From Octopus sinensis (lineage: Eukaryota): a stretch of 64,000 nt of DNA. The translations under genes were made by a program, and so were the position numbers. How positions within the stretch are numbered: the first letter of the stretch is position 1; the number at the start of each line of letters is the position of its first letter. Below are positions 21,663 to 32,978 of this stretch, one piece after another. The stretch is from assembly GCF_006345805.1 (NCBI RefSeq), contig NC_043002.1, positions 111,414,001 to 111,478,000 of the forward strand. Direction: 5' to 3'. The notes below the pieces were generated by a model. It was not told the origin of the DNA. It worked only from the letters and a program-made list of their open reading frames with translations, and searched no databases.

Positions 21663-23265
21663 AATTCATACATAGTTTGCTGATATTAGAGAGTTTTGTG
21701 GATATGCAATATTTACTTGTAATGAAGCAGACTGAGGGTATGGGCATATTAGGAATGGATAATGCAAGCAAAGCGAAGAGGTACCATGAAATAGATTAGG
21801 TTTACATTCATAATTTAATGTCCTGTTTTCCATGCTAGCATGGGTTGGATGGTTTGACAGGAGCTAGCAAGCCAGAGAGCTGCATCAGGGTCCAGTTGTC
21901 TGTTGTGGCCCTGGTTTATAGGGCTGGATGCTGCCCTTCCTAGTCTCACTCACTTTACAGAATGTACTGGGTATCTTCTATGTGACACCACACCAGTGGA
22001 GTTGCCAAATAACTTGCAAAATAAGAACCTCTGAGTTGAGAGGTTAGTGTATGATAGAGGGACAAATGGAATGGAAGCACTCCGTCGGTTACGACGACGA
22101 GGGTTCCGGTTGATCCGAATCAACGGAACAGCCTGCTCGTGAAATTAACGTGTAAGTGGCTGAGCACTCCACAGACACGTGTACCCTTAACGTAGTTCTC
22201 GGGGATATTCAGCGTGACACAGAGAGTGACAAGGCCGGCCCTTTGAAATACACGTACAACAGAAACAGGAAGTAAGAGTGAGAGAAAGTTGTGGTGAAAG
22301 AGTACAGCAGGGATCACCACCATCCCTGCCGGAGCCTCGTGGAGCTTTAGGTGTTTTCGCTCAATAAACACTCACAACGCCCGGTCTGGGAATCGAAACC
22401 GCGATCCTATGACGGCGAGTCCACTGCCCTAACCACTGGGCCATTGCACCTCCAGAAGGACAAAGATAATTGTCTTACTACAGGGGAGATACTTGGCTAT
22501 CCGAGAAAGTGAGAGTTAGAAAGATAGAGAGAAAATCTGAGTGAAAGAGAGAAATTGATAATTTGGAGATTTACTGGGGTTTACCTACAAGAAACTGGAG
22601 CGGGGCACGTAAGTAGGATAGTAGGGAATGCTCCATAAAAGTATGAGAGGATATGTTTAGAGATGGGGAAGACATGACTGTAGGAAGTGATGGTGAGGGA
22701 AATTTGAGTGGCTGGAATGGGTGGGGGGATAAGGAAGATATGTGAGGGCATGGAGAGTGTGTGGTTAGGTGGTTAGGGATGTGAGTGGAGGAGCCTGCAG
22801 TAAGTGTTGGGAAGATGGAGTTTTGACAGAGGTTTATAGACTTGAAGGAGGGGGGCATGGCCGAAAAGGACATGCATGCATATATGTGTGGGTGGCCACA
22901 ATTTCACTTAACTTGATGTGTCTTCTTCTCATCACTTCATCCCACATTTTCTTGGATCTACCCCATCCACAGATTTCCTCCATAATTAGAGATCAGCACT
23001 TCAATTTTTACAATTAACACCAAGGGACGATGAGGAGGGAGATTAAGGGTAAGTCTTTTGTAATAAACTATAAACCTAGGTAGTAAAAATAGCAGCCCCA
23101 GATGATCTGCTACTGAGTTCTGATAGCTTTTGTGAATTGAAGTAAATTAAGTATATTTTTGAATATGCTCATTTTTCATATCTACACATTTTCATTATTG
23201 TACATCTACTAAGTGACTCACATTACTACATCAGCAAGTATGGTTAAGTTATATACATCACTGAA

Positions 23266-23496
23266 GCAGCGAGCTGGCAGAAACGTTAGCACGCCGGGCG
23301 AAATGCTTAGCCGTATTTCGTCTGTCGTTACGTTCCGAGTTCAAATTCCGCCGAGGTCGACTTTGCCTTTCATCCTTTCGGGGGTCGATAAATTAAGTAC
23401 CAGTTACGCACTGGGGTCGATGTAATCGACTTAATCCCTTTGTCTGTCCTTGTTTGTCCCCTCTGTGTTTAGCCCCTTGTGGGTAATAAAGAAATA
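23266..23496 (+). mobile_element. tRNA-derived SINE family B (representative copy; central domain resembles MetaSINE-type core)
   Basis: GGCGAGCTGGCAGAA...GAGTTCAAATTCC head and TTCATCCTTTCGGGGTCGATAAATTAAGTACCAG core. Copies at 5612, 6027, 7237, 33195-33423(-), 42235-42462(-) and 58724-59135 (two in tandem, -). Confidence 0.8.
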
Positions 23497-23707
23497 TATA
23501 TACATCACTGAAGAAGGATATTGAGACCAAAACACGTCCAGATCCCCCCCCCCCAATATTTACCAAACTGATGCAATTAATATCAGTAATTAAGCTTTTC
23601 TTCACTGCATAATTATTTTTTATGAGCTTTCTAGTGTTCATTTTACAAAATATGTAGACACAAATTGATCTATAGTAAAGAACTGTATTTTCTAAGTAAA
23701 CAAACTA

Positions 23708-24700
23708 TCATCATCATCATTTAACGTCCGCTTTCCATGCTGGCATGGGTTGGACGATTTGACTGAGGACTGGTGAACCAGATGGCTGCACCAGACCTCC
23801 AATCTGATCTGGCAGAGTTTCTACAGCTCGATGCCCTTCCTAACGCCAACCACTTTGAGAGTGTAGTGAGTGCTTTTACGTGCCACCGGCCACGCTCAAA
23901 TGGTGTTTTTTTATGTGCCACCTGCACAGGAGCCAGCCCAGCGGCACTACAGCGACCTCGCTAGAATGTTTTTTCATGTGCCACCAGCACAAGTGCCAGT
24001 AAGGCAACACTGGTAACGATCACGCTTGAATGGTGCTTTTTACGTGCCACCCGCATGGAAGCCAGATAGCCACTCTGGCATCGATCACGCTCGGATGGTG
24101 CTCTTAATGCTTCACTAGCAGGGATGCCAGTCATCAAATTTGATTTCGATTTCACTTGCCTCAACAGGTCTTCGCAAGTAGAGTTTAGTGTCCAATGAAG
24201 GAAAGGTATGCATAAGTGGGCTGGTTACGCCCCTGGCATGAGCCACGAGGTTATGGTCTCATTTGGCTTGCCGGGTCTTCTCAAGAACAGCATATTTCCA
24301 AAGGTCTCGGTCGTTAGTCATTGCCTCAGTGAGGCTTAATGTTCGAAGGTCATGCTTCACCACTTCATCCCAGGTCTTCCTGGGTCTACCTCTTCCACAG
24401 GTTCCATCAACTGCTAGGGTGTGGCACCTTTTCACACAGCTATCCTCATCCATTCTCGCCACATGACCATACCAGTGCAGTCGTCTCTCTTGCACACCAC
24501 ATCTGATGCTTCGACTTTTCTCTCAAGGTACTCACACTCAGTCAAGTATGCACACTGACATTACACATCCATCAGAGCATACTGGTTTCATTCCTTGCGA
24601 GCTTCCGCGTGTCCTCAGCCATCACAGCCCATGTTTCACTGCCATGTAGCATGGCTATTTGTACACATGCGTCATACAGTCTACCTTTTACTCTGAGTGA
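23708..24700 (-). mobile_element. 5'-truncated RTE-clade LINE: ORF end, long minisatellite-containing 3' UTR and (GAT)n tail
   Basis: ORF RRLHWYGHVARM...GRGRPRKTWDEVVKHDL...LEKTRQAK* runs contiguously into the GTGCCGGTGGCAC repeat region and the GCATGGAAAGCGGACGTTAAA(TGA)n tail. Confidence 0.9.
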
Positions 24701-24703
24701 GAG

Positions 24704-24734
<31 letters not shown>

Positions 24735-25071
24735 AAACAGTCCTTGGACGAAAATTGTATGCACATTTTGCTTTGACGGTTAATGGCGGCCAAACTGAGG
24801 CTAGGATCGAGCTGAAAATTGGCAGGGATACTAAATGCGGGATGAGGATGAGACCCGCAATGGTTAAAATTCGCAAGCTATAAAGATGTGGTTGCTATGG
24901 CAAAAAGAGTGATTTTTAGAGCCCCTCTAGGTTTGTGCGATTGGCTTTTAATGCCCAGCGGCATGCACTGCAGGCTGTTGTGCTTAATAAACATACATTT
25001 TGTCATGAAATTCTGGCTACTAGGAAACAATTTTTTCATTGTGAAAAAACAAGTGCTTTTTGCCCTCATTT

Positions 25072-25687
25072 TCTTTTTAATATATATATAAATTTGACAT
25101 GGGTGATTCTTTCTTATCTTGGGATTCACGGTCAAACAGCTGGGTGGAATTGCATGAAAAATTACACAGATGTGTTGAATGATCCGGTGGTGTTGCTGGG
25201 CTTTGTATTTTTTTCATGCCTCCCATGGTTATCAAGATAATCTACTATAATAATACTCTGTTTATGAATGAGAAAGGAAGGGGTAAGAGATGAATAAGGA
25301 AGGAAGGAAGGGTTGATGTCAAACTTGGTTGTGAGATGATGAAAATTGTACGCTGAAAAAAATAAATCAAACAGTGTTTCAACTTTGTGTGAATATATGT
25401 GTGTGTGTATGTAAAAGGAGGGGTATGTGAACGTGTGTGTCTGCGTGCAATGGAAGTGGGATGGTTCATCTTTGTTCACTTAGTATTTGGGTTTATTTTT
25501 TGATTTGGTTGAATCTTGGTTGTTTTTTTGTTGGTCAGTTATTTTTTAGCGTTTTTTGACAGAAAAGAGTCATTCTAAAATTGTTTTTTTAACGTAAGCG
25601 TACCCAAACAAGTCGAATGCTTACACAGAGCAGGTTTTACAGCCACATCATCCAAACCGGCTGGGTGAAACCGGGTTTAGCTGCTAG
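25072..25687 (+). mobile_element. Helitron-like non-autonomous element, different family
   Basis: 3' ACCGGCTGGGTGAAACCGGG hairpin followed by CTGCTAG|T; 5' boundary uncertain. Confidence 0.5.
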
Positions 25688-25729
25688 TATATATATATAT
25701 ATATATATACATGTGTATTTATATATATG

Positions 25730-25760
<31 letters not shown>

Positions 25761-25870
25761 TTGCATATATGTATATATATATTTGTATATATGCACATGT
25801 ATATACATGTGTGTGTATATATGTGTGTTTACATATGTGTATATACGCATGTATATGTATATAGGGATAT

Positions 25871-26193
25871 TGGACTTATTCCCCGTGAGCCTGGTGCTTA
25901 TTCTGACAGTCTCTGCCAAACCACTAAGTTACGGGGATGCAAACAAACCTGCATCGGATGTCAAGGATTGGTGGTGGGGGGAACAAAGAGAGAGACGAAC
26001 ACAAACATATATACATCATCATCATCGTTTAACGTCCGATGATGATGATGTATATATGTTTGTGTTCGTCTCTCTCTTTGTTCCCCCCACCACCAATGCT
26101 TGACATCCGATGCAGGTTTGTTTGCATCCCCGTAACTTAGTGGTTTGGCAGAGACTGTCAGAATAAGCACCAGGCTCACGGGGAATAAGTCCA
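25871..26193. repeat. Near-perfect 157-bp-arm palindrome with a 9-nt spacer
   Basis: Arms 25871-26027 and 26037-26193, one mismatch seen; the ORF track gives the same peptide on both strands. Confidence 0.95.
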
Positions 26194-27147
26194 GGGTTCG
26201 ATTTCTTCGACGAAATGGCGATGCTCCAGCATGGCCACCGTTAAATGACTGAAATGAGTAAAAGACTACCAGAAGAACATTCTGTACCTCTAAACGAAGA
26301 AGTTTCTTTGATTTCATACAATGTATTCTAAGGATAATAGTAACTCCGTTTGTGTCTGCATAACAGATATTTTAGTTGGATTATATAGTTATCGGTTTTA
26401 ACTTCTTTTTATATTTTCTAAGTGTCACAATATAGAAACATTTCTCACTGTTCCAGTACACGATTTACAGATGCTTACATTATTTTTATGTTTTCCGTGA
26501 AGTTTTCACAGGTCCAGCTAGTGAATAACGATAATAATATTATACATACATACATGTATACACATGCACACTGATGCATATACATCATCATCATCATCGT
26601 TTAGCATCCGCTTTCCATGCTAGCATGGGTTGGACGGTGCGACTGGGGTCTGGGAAGCCAGAAGGCCGCACCAGGCCCAGTTTGATCTGGCAGTGTTTCT
26701 ATGGCTGGGTGCCCTTCCTAACGCCAACCACTCCGTGAGTGTAGTGGGTGCTTTTTACGTGCCACCCGCACAGGTGCCAGACGAGTCTGGCAATGGCCAC
26801 AAACGGATGGTGCTTTTTACGTGCCACCGGCATGAGGCCAGTTGGGGCAGCGCTGGCAACGGCCACGAACGGATGGTGCTTTTTACGTGCCACCGGCACG
26901 ATGCTAGCCGTGTGCAGAAACAAACAAGAACTCCACTCTGATAAGAGACAGTCAACGACTAATGAAGAGGTTACAAGAAGTAATGAAAATTCTAGAAAAG
27001 AAAAGATGATAAATAAGTAAATGAGTGGAAATTGAACCGGCGAATGTATTAATTAATTAATAAAGCATTAAAACAGAATGACTCTCCTCAGACACAACAA
27101 AATAAGAATATTGTTGCAGGTAGAAGGAAAAAAAACAATCAACTTAC

Positions 27148-27267
27148 CTCTTCCATAACAAGTTTTGGGGAAGCTACTCGTATACTGATTCCTTGAGCAT
27201 TTAAGGCCTCTAAAACGTCCATGTAATCAAGATTACGACGGGATTTGGCACGGGAAAGTGCTCGGCC
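27148..27267 (-). CDS. RTCB: RTCB coding exon 11 ([40 protein letters not shown])
   Basis: Conserved sequence, 120 nt, TAG acceptor and GTAAGT donor. Not in the ORF track. Confidence 0.96.
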
Positions 27268-27354
27268 CTAATTTAAAGAAGAGAGGTTTCATATATTTAC
27301 TAACAGGAAAAACAAAACAAGCAAAAAAATAATTTTACATTGAACAATACGTTT

Positions 27355-27355
27355 C

Positions 27356-27425
<70 letters not shown>
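27355..27425. repeat. (TA)n microsatellite (representative; many others, e.g. 2646-2700, 14915-14946, 18925-18970, 25688-25765, 27796-27828)
   Basis: Directly visible. Confidence 0.95.
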
Positions 27426-27426
<1 letters not shown>

Positions 27427-27677
27427 GATAGTGTATATTTATACACATAAGGAATCCACACTTAGGGTGGAATTCAACATATAGAACCACAAAAATAACG
27501 GATAAGATTCGACAGGAACAAAATTTGGAAAGGAAAAACATGGTAAATGGTAAATGTTTCTCATTTCCAAATTTTGTTCCTGTCGAATCTTATCCGTTAT
27601 TTTTGTGGTTCTATGTGTTGAATTTCACCCTAAGTGTGGATTCCTTATGTGTATATATATATGCACAATATCGTATA
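27422..27677. repeat. Foldback element / long inverted repeat
   Basis: ATACACATAAGGAATCCACAC...CAAAATTTGGAAA versus its reverse complement; short imperfect centre. Confidence 0.9.
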
Positions 27678-27792
27678 ACTAATATATAGTCTTCTTGACT
27701 AATTTTTTACACGTTAGACCACTGGAAATGTAAATTTTGATTGAATATTTTAAATTTAATTAAATTCCATTTCCCTTTTGATATGATTATAC

Positions 27793-27832
<40 letters not shown>

Positions 27833-27834
<2 letters not shown>

Positions 27835-29234
27835 GGGTGCATATGATATTTGAGGACAAATTTTTGTTTATAAAAAACAGCTATATAATAACAGTAACTT
27901 CATCAAAAAATGCTATGAGGATGAAAATAAAGCTTATCTATAATATCATTCAATAAAGCCACCATCAGCTTCAACAACTGCTTCTATATGAGATCTAAAT
28001 CATGTACATGCTCGAATCAAGTGGTCCTGGTTCATTTTGGACATTACTCTGACTATGGCAGCTTCCAAAGAATCTTTGGTGTTATGGGTGTGTTCATCGA
28101 CCTCTCTCTCAACAATGATCGACATGCACTGTGGAATTAGGGGGCCAAATGTTAAGGGTTATGCGGTCATGAAAATTTTCAGCCATTCATTCCTGTGTTA
28201 CTAAAGCCATGTGTGATAACGCAGGGTCTTACTGAAACACATATGACCTTCCATTGTATGCACTGTCTATCCAGGGCTTAATTATTTCCATTAACAATTA
28301 TAGTTAACTCTCAGGACTTGTGGAAAGAAGGCGGCATCACACGTCTTCATTGCTGGCAATCCCTAAAACCATGACAGTTGTAGGAAATTTTGTATGCATA
28401 ACACTTGGAACTTCAGAAGGGTCTTCACATAGCCATTTGTCATTTCTTCTGTTAACCTTTTGATCATGGTCGAAGTTTTTCTTGTTTCAGAAGAACAAAA
28501 TCAAATCTTCTGTTGGATTTTTCAGTTTGTTTAACCCTTTAGCATTTAAGCCGGCCATATCCGGCTAAAAGTATTCTACCTGTTTTATGTTCAAACTGGC
28601 CAGATCTGGTCTCTCACACCAGCCCTACAATATTGTTTTAAAAATCAACAGCTACCTCATCGAAATCTCATAACTCCAAGATAATGCCTGATTAGTTCAA
28701 GGTAGTGTAGATAAAAAAGGATTAATTTTGGCAGAATAATGCGAACACTAAAGGGTTAAGAGTCTTTTAGATCCGATGTACTGATTTTCTTTTGCTTTTC
28801 CTGACAAATTGACCTTTCCTCATCATATAAGACTTATATCTGTCTTCGTAAACAACATTCTGACTGTTCCTTTAGACACATGGAGATCTTTTGCAATTGA
28901 CGTCGTGTTGAACTTGCTGGATAAATTCAGGTGTTCTGTTGATTTTAGAGCGTTTAGAATGCTTTTTATGCTTTGATACTGGTGATGTTTCCATCTTCAG
29001 TCTCTAGGTCCTTACAAACTTTGTAGATAAGGGATCTGGGAACTTTTAAAAATCAAGATATTTCTAAATTGCTATGCTCAGCCTTTTCAACCACAATGGC
29101 AACATGCCTCTTCATTTCTTGAGTAAGCCAAGAGTCTGTCATTATTATTTTCTAAATCAAAGATTATACAGGGTTAGCAAAAAATGCAGCAATGACCCAG
29201 AAAAGCTATGTCCTCAAATACCTTACAAACCTTG
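27833..29234 (-). mobile_element. Decayed full-length maT (DD37D) Tc1/mariner-superfamily element
   Basis: Degenerate TIRs CAGGGTGCATATGATATTTGAGGACA / TGTCCTCAAATACCTTACAAACCTTG; minus-strand KNFDHDQKVNRRNDKWL matches the 35884 copy; MITE nested at 28535. Confidence 0.75.
28535..28755. mobile_element. TTAA-flanked MITE family 2, nested in a maT transposon
   Basis: Opposite orientation to the 17473 copy; TTAA TSD. Confidence 0.8.
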
Positions 29235-30175
29235 TATATATAGGCGAAGGAGTGGCTGTGTGGTAAGTAGCTTGCTTCCCAACCACATGGTTCCAGGTTC
29301 AGTCCCACTGTGTGGCGCTTTGGGCAAGTGTCTTCTATCATAGCCTCGAGCTGATCAAAACCTTGTGAGTGGATTTGGTAAACTGAAAGAAGCCTGTTGT
29401 ATATCATCATCCAGTGTTTTAAAACTGGGTTTTGTCCCCGTTAACGGGGGTGGCCTGATATACCTCAATGCCATAGCAACTGAGGTAGGCAGGTGCAGCC
29501 CAACCCAACCTTTGGGCTGGCTGGTGCCCATTGGATTTTTTATGGGGAGTATGCCCTTGCTCAACCTCAGTGGTCCCAAAACCAAGGCCCCTACAACGAT
29601 TTTTAAGAAATGCAGTAGAAAACTAGATCAGGAAGGCGGGGATGATATTCCCCAAGATCCCTTTCGGAGCCCCGCTACCTATATATATATATCTAAGGCG
29701 TAGGAGTGGCTGTGTGGTAAGTAGCCTGCTTAACAACCACATGGTTCTGGGTTCAGTCCCACTGCGTGGCACTTTGGGTAAGTGTCTTCAACTATAGCCT
29801 CGGGCCGACCAAAGCCTTGTGAGTGGATTTGGTAGACAGAAACTGAAAGAAGCCCATCGTATATATATGTTTGTGTGTCTGTGTTTGTCCCCCCAGCATT
29901 ACTTGGGTATATACGTCCCCTGTAACTTAGCGGTTCGGCAAAAGAAACTGATAGAACAAGTACTAGGCTTACAAAGAATAAATCCTGGGGTCGACTTGCT
30001 CAACTAAAGTCTGTGCTCTAGCATGGCCACAGTCAAATGACTAAAACAAGTAAAAGAATAAAAGAAAGAATAAATGAACTTCCTATATAATTAATCCCAA
30101 TCTCCGACCATAAATACAATGTAATATCAATTTTTGTGTCAAAAAAGAAAAAAAGAAAAAAAAAGGGACACTCAC

Positions 30176-30286
30176 AGCTCCATGACATGTTGTTCCAAAT
30201 GTATCTTCCATTCCCTGATCAGTACCAGTCAGTACATAGCTACAAGTTCCCATTGTTCCACCAATCAAAACAGGTTGACCAGTTAA
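30176..30286 (-). CDS. RTCB: RTCB coding exon 10 ([37 protein letters not shown])
   Basis: Carries the HGAGR His that is guanylylated in RtcB enzymes; 111 nt, GTGAGT donor. Confidence 0.97.
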
Positions 30287-30429
30287 CTGTATTAAAGAAA
30301 AGATAAAAATACATGAGGTCATCTTTGCTCTTAAAGACAAGCAAGATTAATTAACCAGATAAGTATTCATTATATTTCGTTTTTGGATTTGGTTTGCAAG
30401 ATTCTTTATATGAGTTCGTGTATTGAAGC

Positions 30430-30698
30430 ATATTCTGTTGCGTCTGGGGAGAGTCATTCTCTTTTAGTGCCTTATTATTTAACACACTCACTGGTAAAAT
30501 TTCCACTTATTTCTTATTTTTATTTTCTAAAATTTTCGTTGCATCATGCAACCTTTTCAAAAGACTATTGAAAAGGTTGCAAGACGCAATGAAAATTTTA
30601 GAAAATAAAAATAAGAAATAAGTGGAAATTTTACCAGTGAGTGTGTTAAATAATAAGGCACTAAAAGAGAATGACTCTCTCCAGATACAACAGAATAT
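30430..30698. repeat. Foldback element, 131-bp arms with a 7-nt spacer
   Basis: 30430-30560 versus 30568-30698; few mismatches. Confidence 0.9.
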
Positions 30699-30831
30699 TC
30701 ATTATATGTTCTGTTGCAACAATTAGTGACAAGAACATGTGAGTATAAAAAATCCCTTAGTATGAGATTATAACAGTTTGAGCAATCTAGATATGCAGAA
30801 GAATTGTATCCTAGACCCACCTAGCCAATAT

Positions 30832-31130
30832 CATCATAATCATCATCATCGTTTAACGTCCACTTTCCATGCTAGCATGGGTTGGACGGTTCAACTGGGG
30901 TCTGGGAAGCCCGAAGGCTGCACCAGGCCAGTCAGATCTGGCAGTGTTTCTACAGCTGGATGCCCTTCCTAACGCCAACCACTCCGTGAGTGTAGTGGGT
31001 GCTTTTTACGTGCCACCCGCACAGGAGCCAGACGGAGCTGGCAAACGGCCACGGACGGATGGTGCTCTTTACGTGCCACCGGCACGGGGGCCAGGCGAGG
31101 CTGGCAACGGCCACGATCGGATGGTGCTTC
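30832..31130 (-). mobile_element. RTE 3'-UTR fragment flanked by a ~211-bp direct duplication
   Basis: 30621-30831 is repeated at 31131-31345. Confidence 0.85.
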
Positions 31131-31715
31131 AGTGGAAATTTTACCAGTGAGTGTGTTAAATAATAAGGCACTAAAAGAGAATGACTCTCTCCAGACACAA
31201 CAGAATATTCATTATATGTTCTGTTGCAACAATTAGTGACAAGAACATGTGAGTATAAAAAATCCCTTAGTATGAGATTATGTAAAACAGTTTGAGCAAT
31301 CTAGATATGCAGAAGAATTGTATCCTAGACCCACCTAGCCAATATATTCTTGGTAAAAATGATTATAACATCCATAACAATGTTGTTAGTGTTTTCTGTT
31401 TTAACCCAACTATTTTGGATACTGAAGCTAAAGCACTATACTTTCCCAGATTTATATCTAACATTCCAGTCAGTAATTTCTTCTTAAGATTTAAAGTGAT
31501 TGAACACTCATATTTTTGAGTAAATAACTGCTATACCCATGCTAGTATTGAAAATTATACACTGAACCACAAAAGAAATGCGAGACGTGTGTGACTGAAA
31601 TATGTTTTAATTTCATTATGTCAGTGATAAATTTTGATAAATCTGATAAAGTCAATTTCTTGGATGCACTTTGAGTAGTCTATGGGTCATTGTCATGCAT
31701 TCTGGTAGTGGGTGA

Positions 31716-31850
31716 ATTTAAGTTTAATTTGCCAAAATATTTTCGTCGATAAAATCCGCGACCTGTTCACTGAGATGCAGCACGGATTTTTGTCAGTGAA
31801 CAGTTCACGGATTTTAGCGACGAAAATATTTTGGCAAATTAAACTTAAAT
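31716..31850. repeat. Short foldback element, 58-bp arms with a 19-nt spacer
   Basis: 31716-31773 versus 31793-31850; about three mismatches. Confidence 0.9.
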
Positions 31851-32394
31851 GTTGAAGTGAATTGAACGGCTTTTGTGCGTTTCTTAAATGGCTTACAAAC
31901 ACCTTCCACGCTGCAATTGCTGTATCCATATGTATTTAATCTTAAAATATAAACAATGACACATGTTGAATGCTTAACTTTAATTAGTAATGTACCATTG
32001 TATTAGGTACTAGTTTGTCATATTTAAAATGACACAGGCTAAACTTGAACTCAGCACTGCTAGTTAACGATACACTCATCAATTTAGTATTACTGCTTAT
32101 AGCACCGAGTTGTTTCATCATCATCATCATCATCATCGTTTAGCGTCCGTTTTCCATGCTAGCATGGGTTGGACGGTTCTACTGGGGTCTGTGAAGCCAG
32201 AAGGCTTCATCAGGCCCAGTCAAATCTGGCAGTGTTTCTACGGCTGGATGCCCTTCCTACTCTGTAAAAAGTAGAAATAAGCCATTTCAAAGTTAGGTGT
32301 CTTGGTCACAGACACAATACGGTACCCCTGGCAGGATGTGAACTGTCAATCTCTTGGATAGTTGCACTCACCTATGCAGATTCTCTGAAGCATA

Positions 32395-32694
32395 TCTTTA
32401 TATATAAAAGTGAAGTTGTGTGTCTGTCTCCTATGATTTAGATTCCTAACTACTCCCACATTTTGCGGTGCAGTTTAACCAAAAGCGGGTATCTTATAGT
32501 CGTGATTCATATCGAGCCCTTCTGGGTATTAGCGCACGTCTACGATGAGTCTACGATTTTAAAAAGAATTTACCATCATTTTTTCCCATTTTTAATGCAT
32601 TTTTTTTGCTATTATATAAAGGAAGTAACTCTCTAAAAATGCTTATATAGTTATTTCTCTTACAAACCCGAGCAACGCTGGGCGATACTGCTAG
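32395..32694 (+). mobile_element. Non-autonomous Helitron, second copy of the 6479 family
   Basis: A|TC...CCCGAGCAACGCTGGG...CTAG|T; near-identical to 6479-6875 minus the internal duplication. Confidence 0.8.
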
Positions 32695-32789
32695 TAAGGT
32701 CTAAAATTGAGCTAGAATGAGAACATTAAAAATTCTTCTAACTTGAAAAAAAAAACATTATTGATAAAATCTTCAAAAGCAAAACATAC

Positions 32790-32978
32790 CTGGTAGTCTA
32801 CAGGAATGAGAGGATGGTGTGGAGGAAATGCTCGTGTTGAGCCCTTTCGATGTACCAATAAGGTTGTCTGCTTGCCGTCAATAAAGTGCTCTTCTACTTT
32901 AGCAATGTTGTGTGAGACATCGTAAATCACATGCATATCCAGGTCATCAGGAGTGCTGTTGAAGATTTTGGCGAAAGC
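32790..32978 (-). CDS. RTCB: RTCB coding exon 9 ([29 protein letters not shown]...[23 protein letters not shown])
   Basis: YDVSHNIAK and VHRKGSTRA motifs; 189 nt, phase 0/0. Confidence 0.97.

Noticed and set aside
22085-22160. Structured segment in SINE D (GAGGGTTCCGGTTGATCCGAATCAACGGAAC...GTGAAA) as a ribozyme
   Set aside because: A hairpin is present but there is no CUGANGA core or consistent three-way junction; more likely the SINE 3' stem-loop.
22560-22880. Purine-rich segment shared with 59850-60080
   Set aside because: Clearly a repeat remnant, but no diagnostic motif could be read, so it was not assigned to a family.
24891-24904. RFX X-box-like GTTGCTATGGCAA (also ~17411)
   Set aside because: Both copies lie within or next to repeat remnants, far from likely promoters, and lack the final C.
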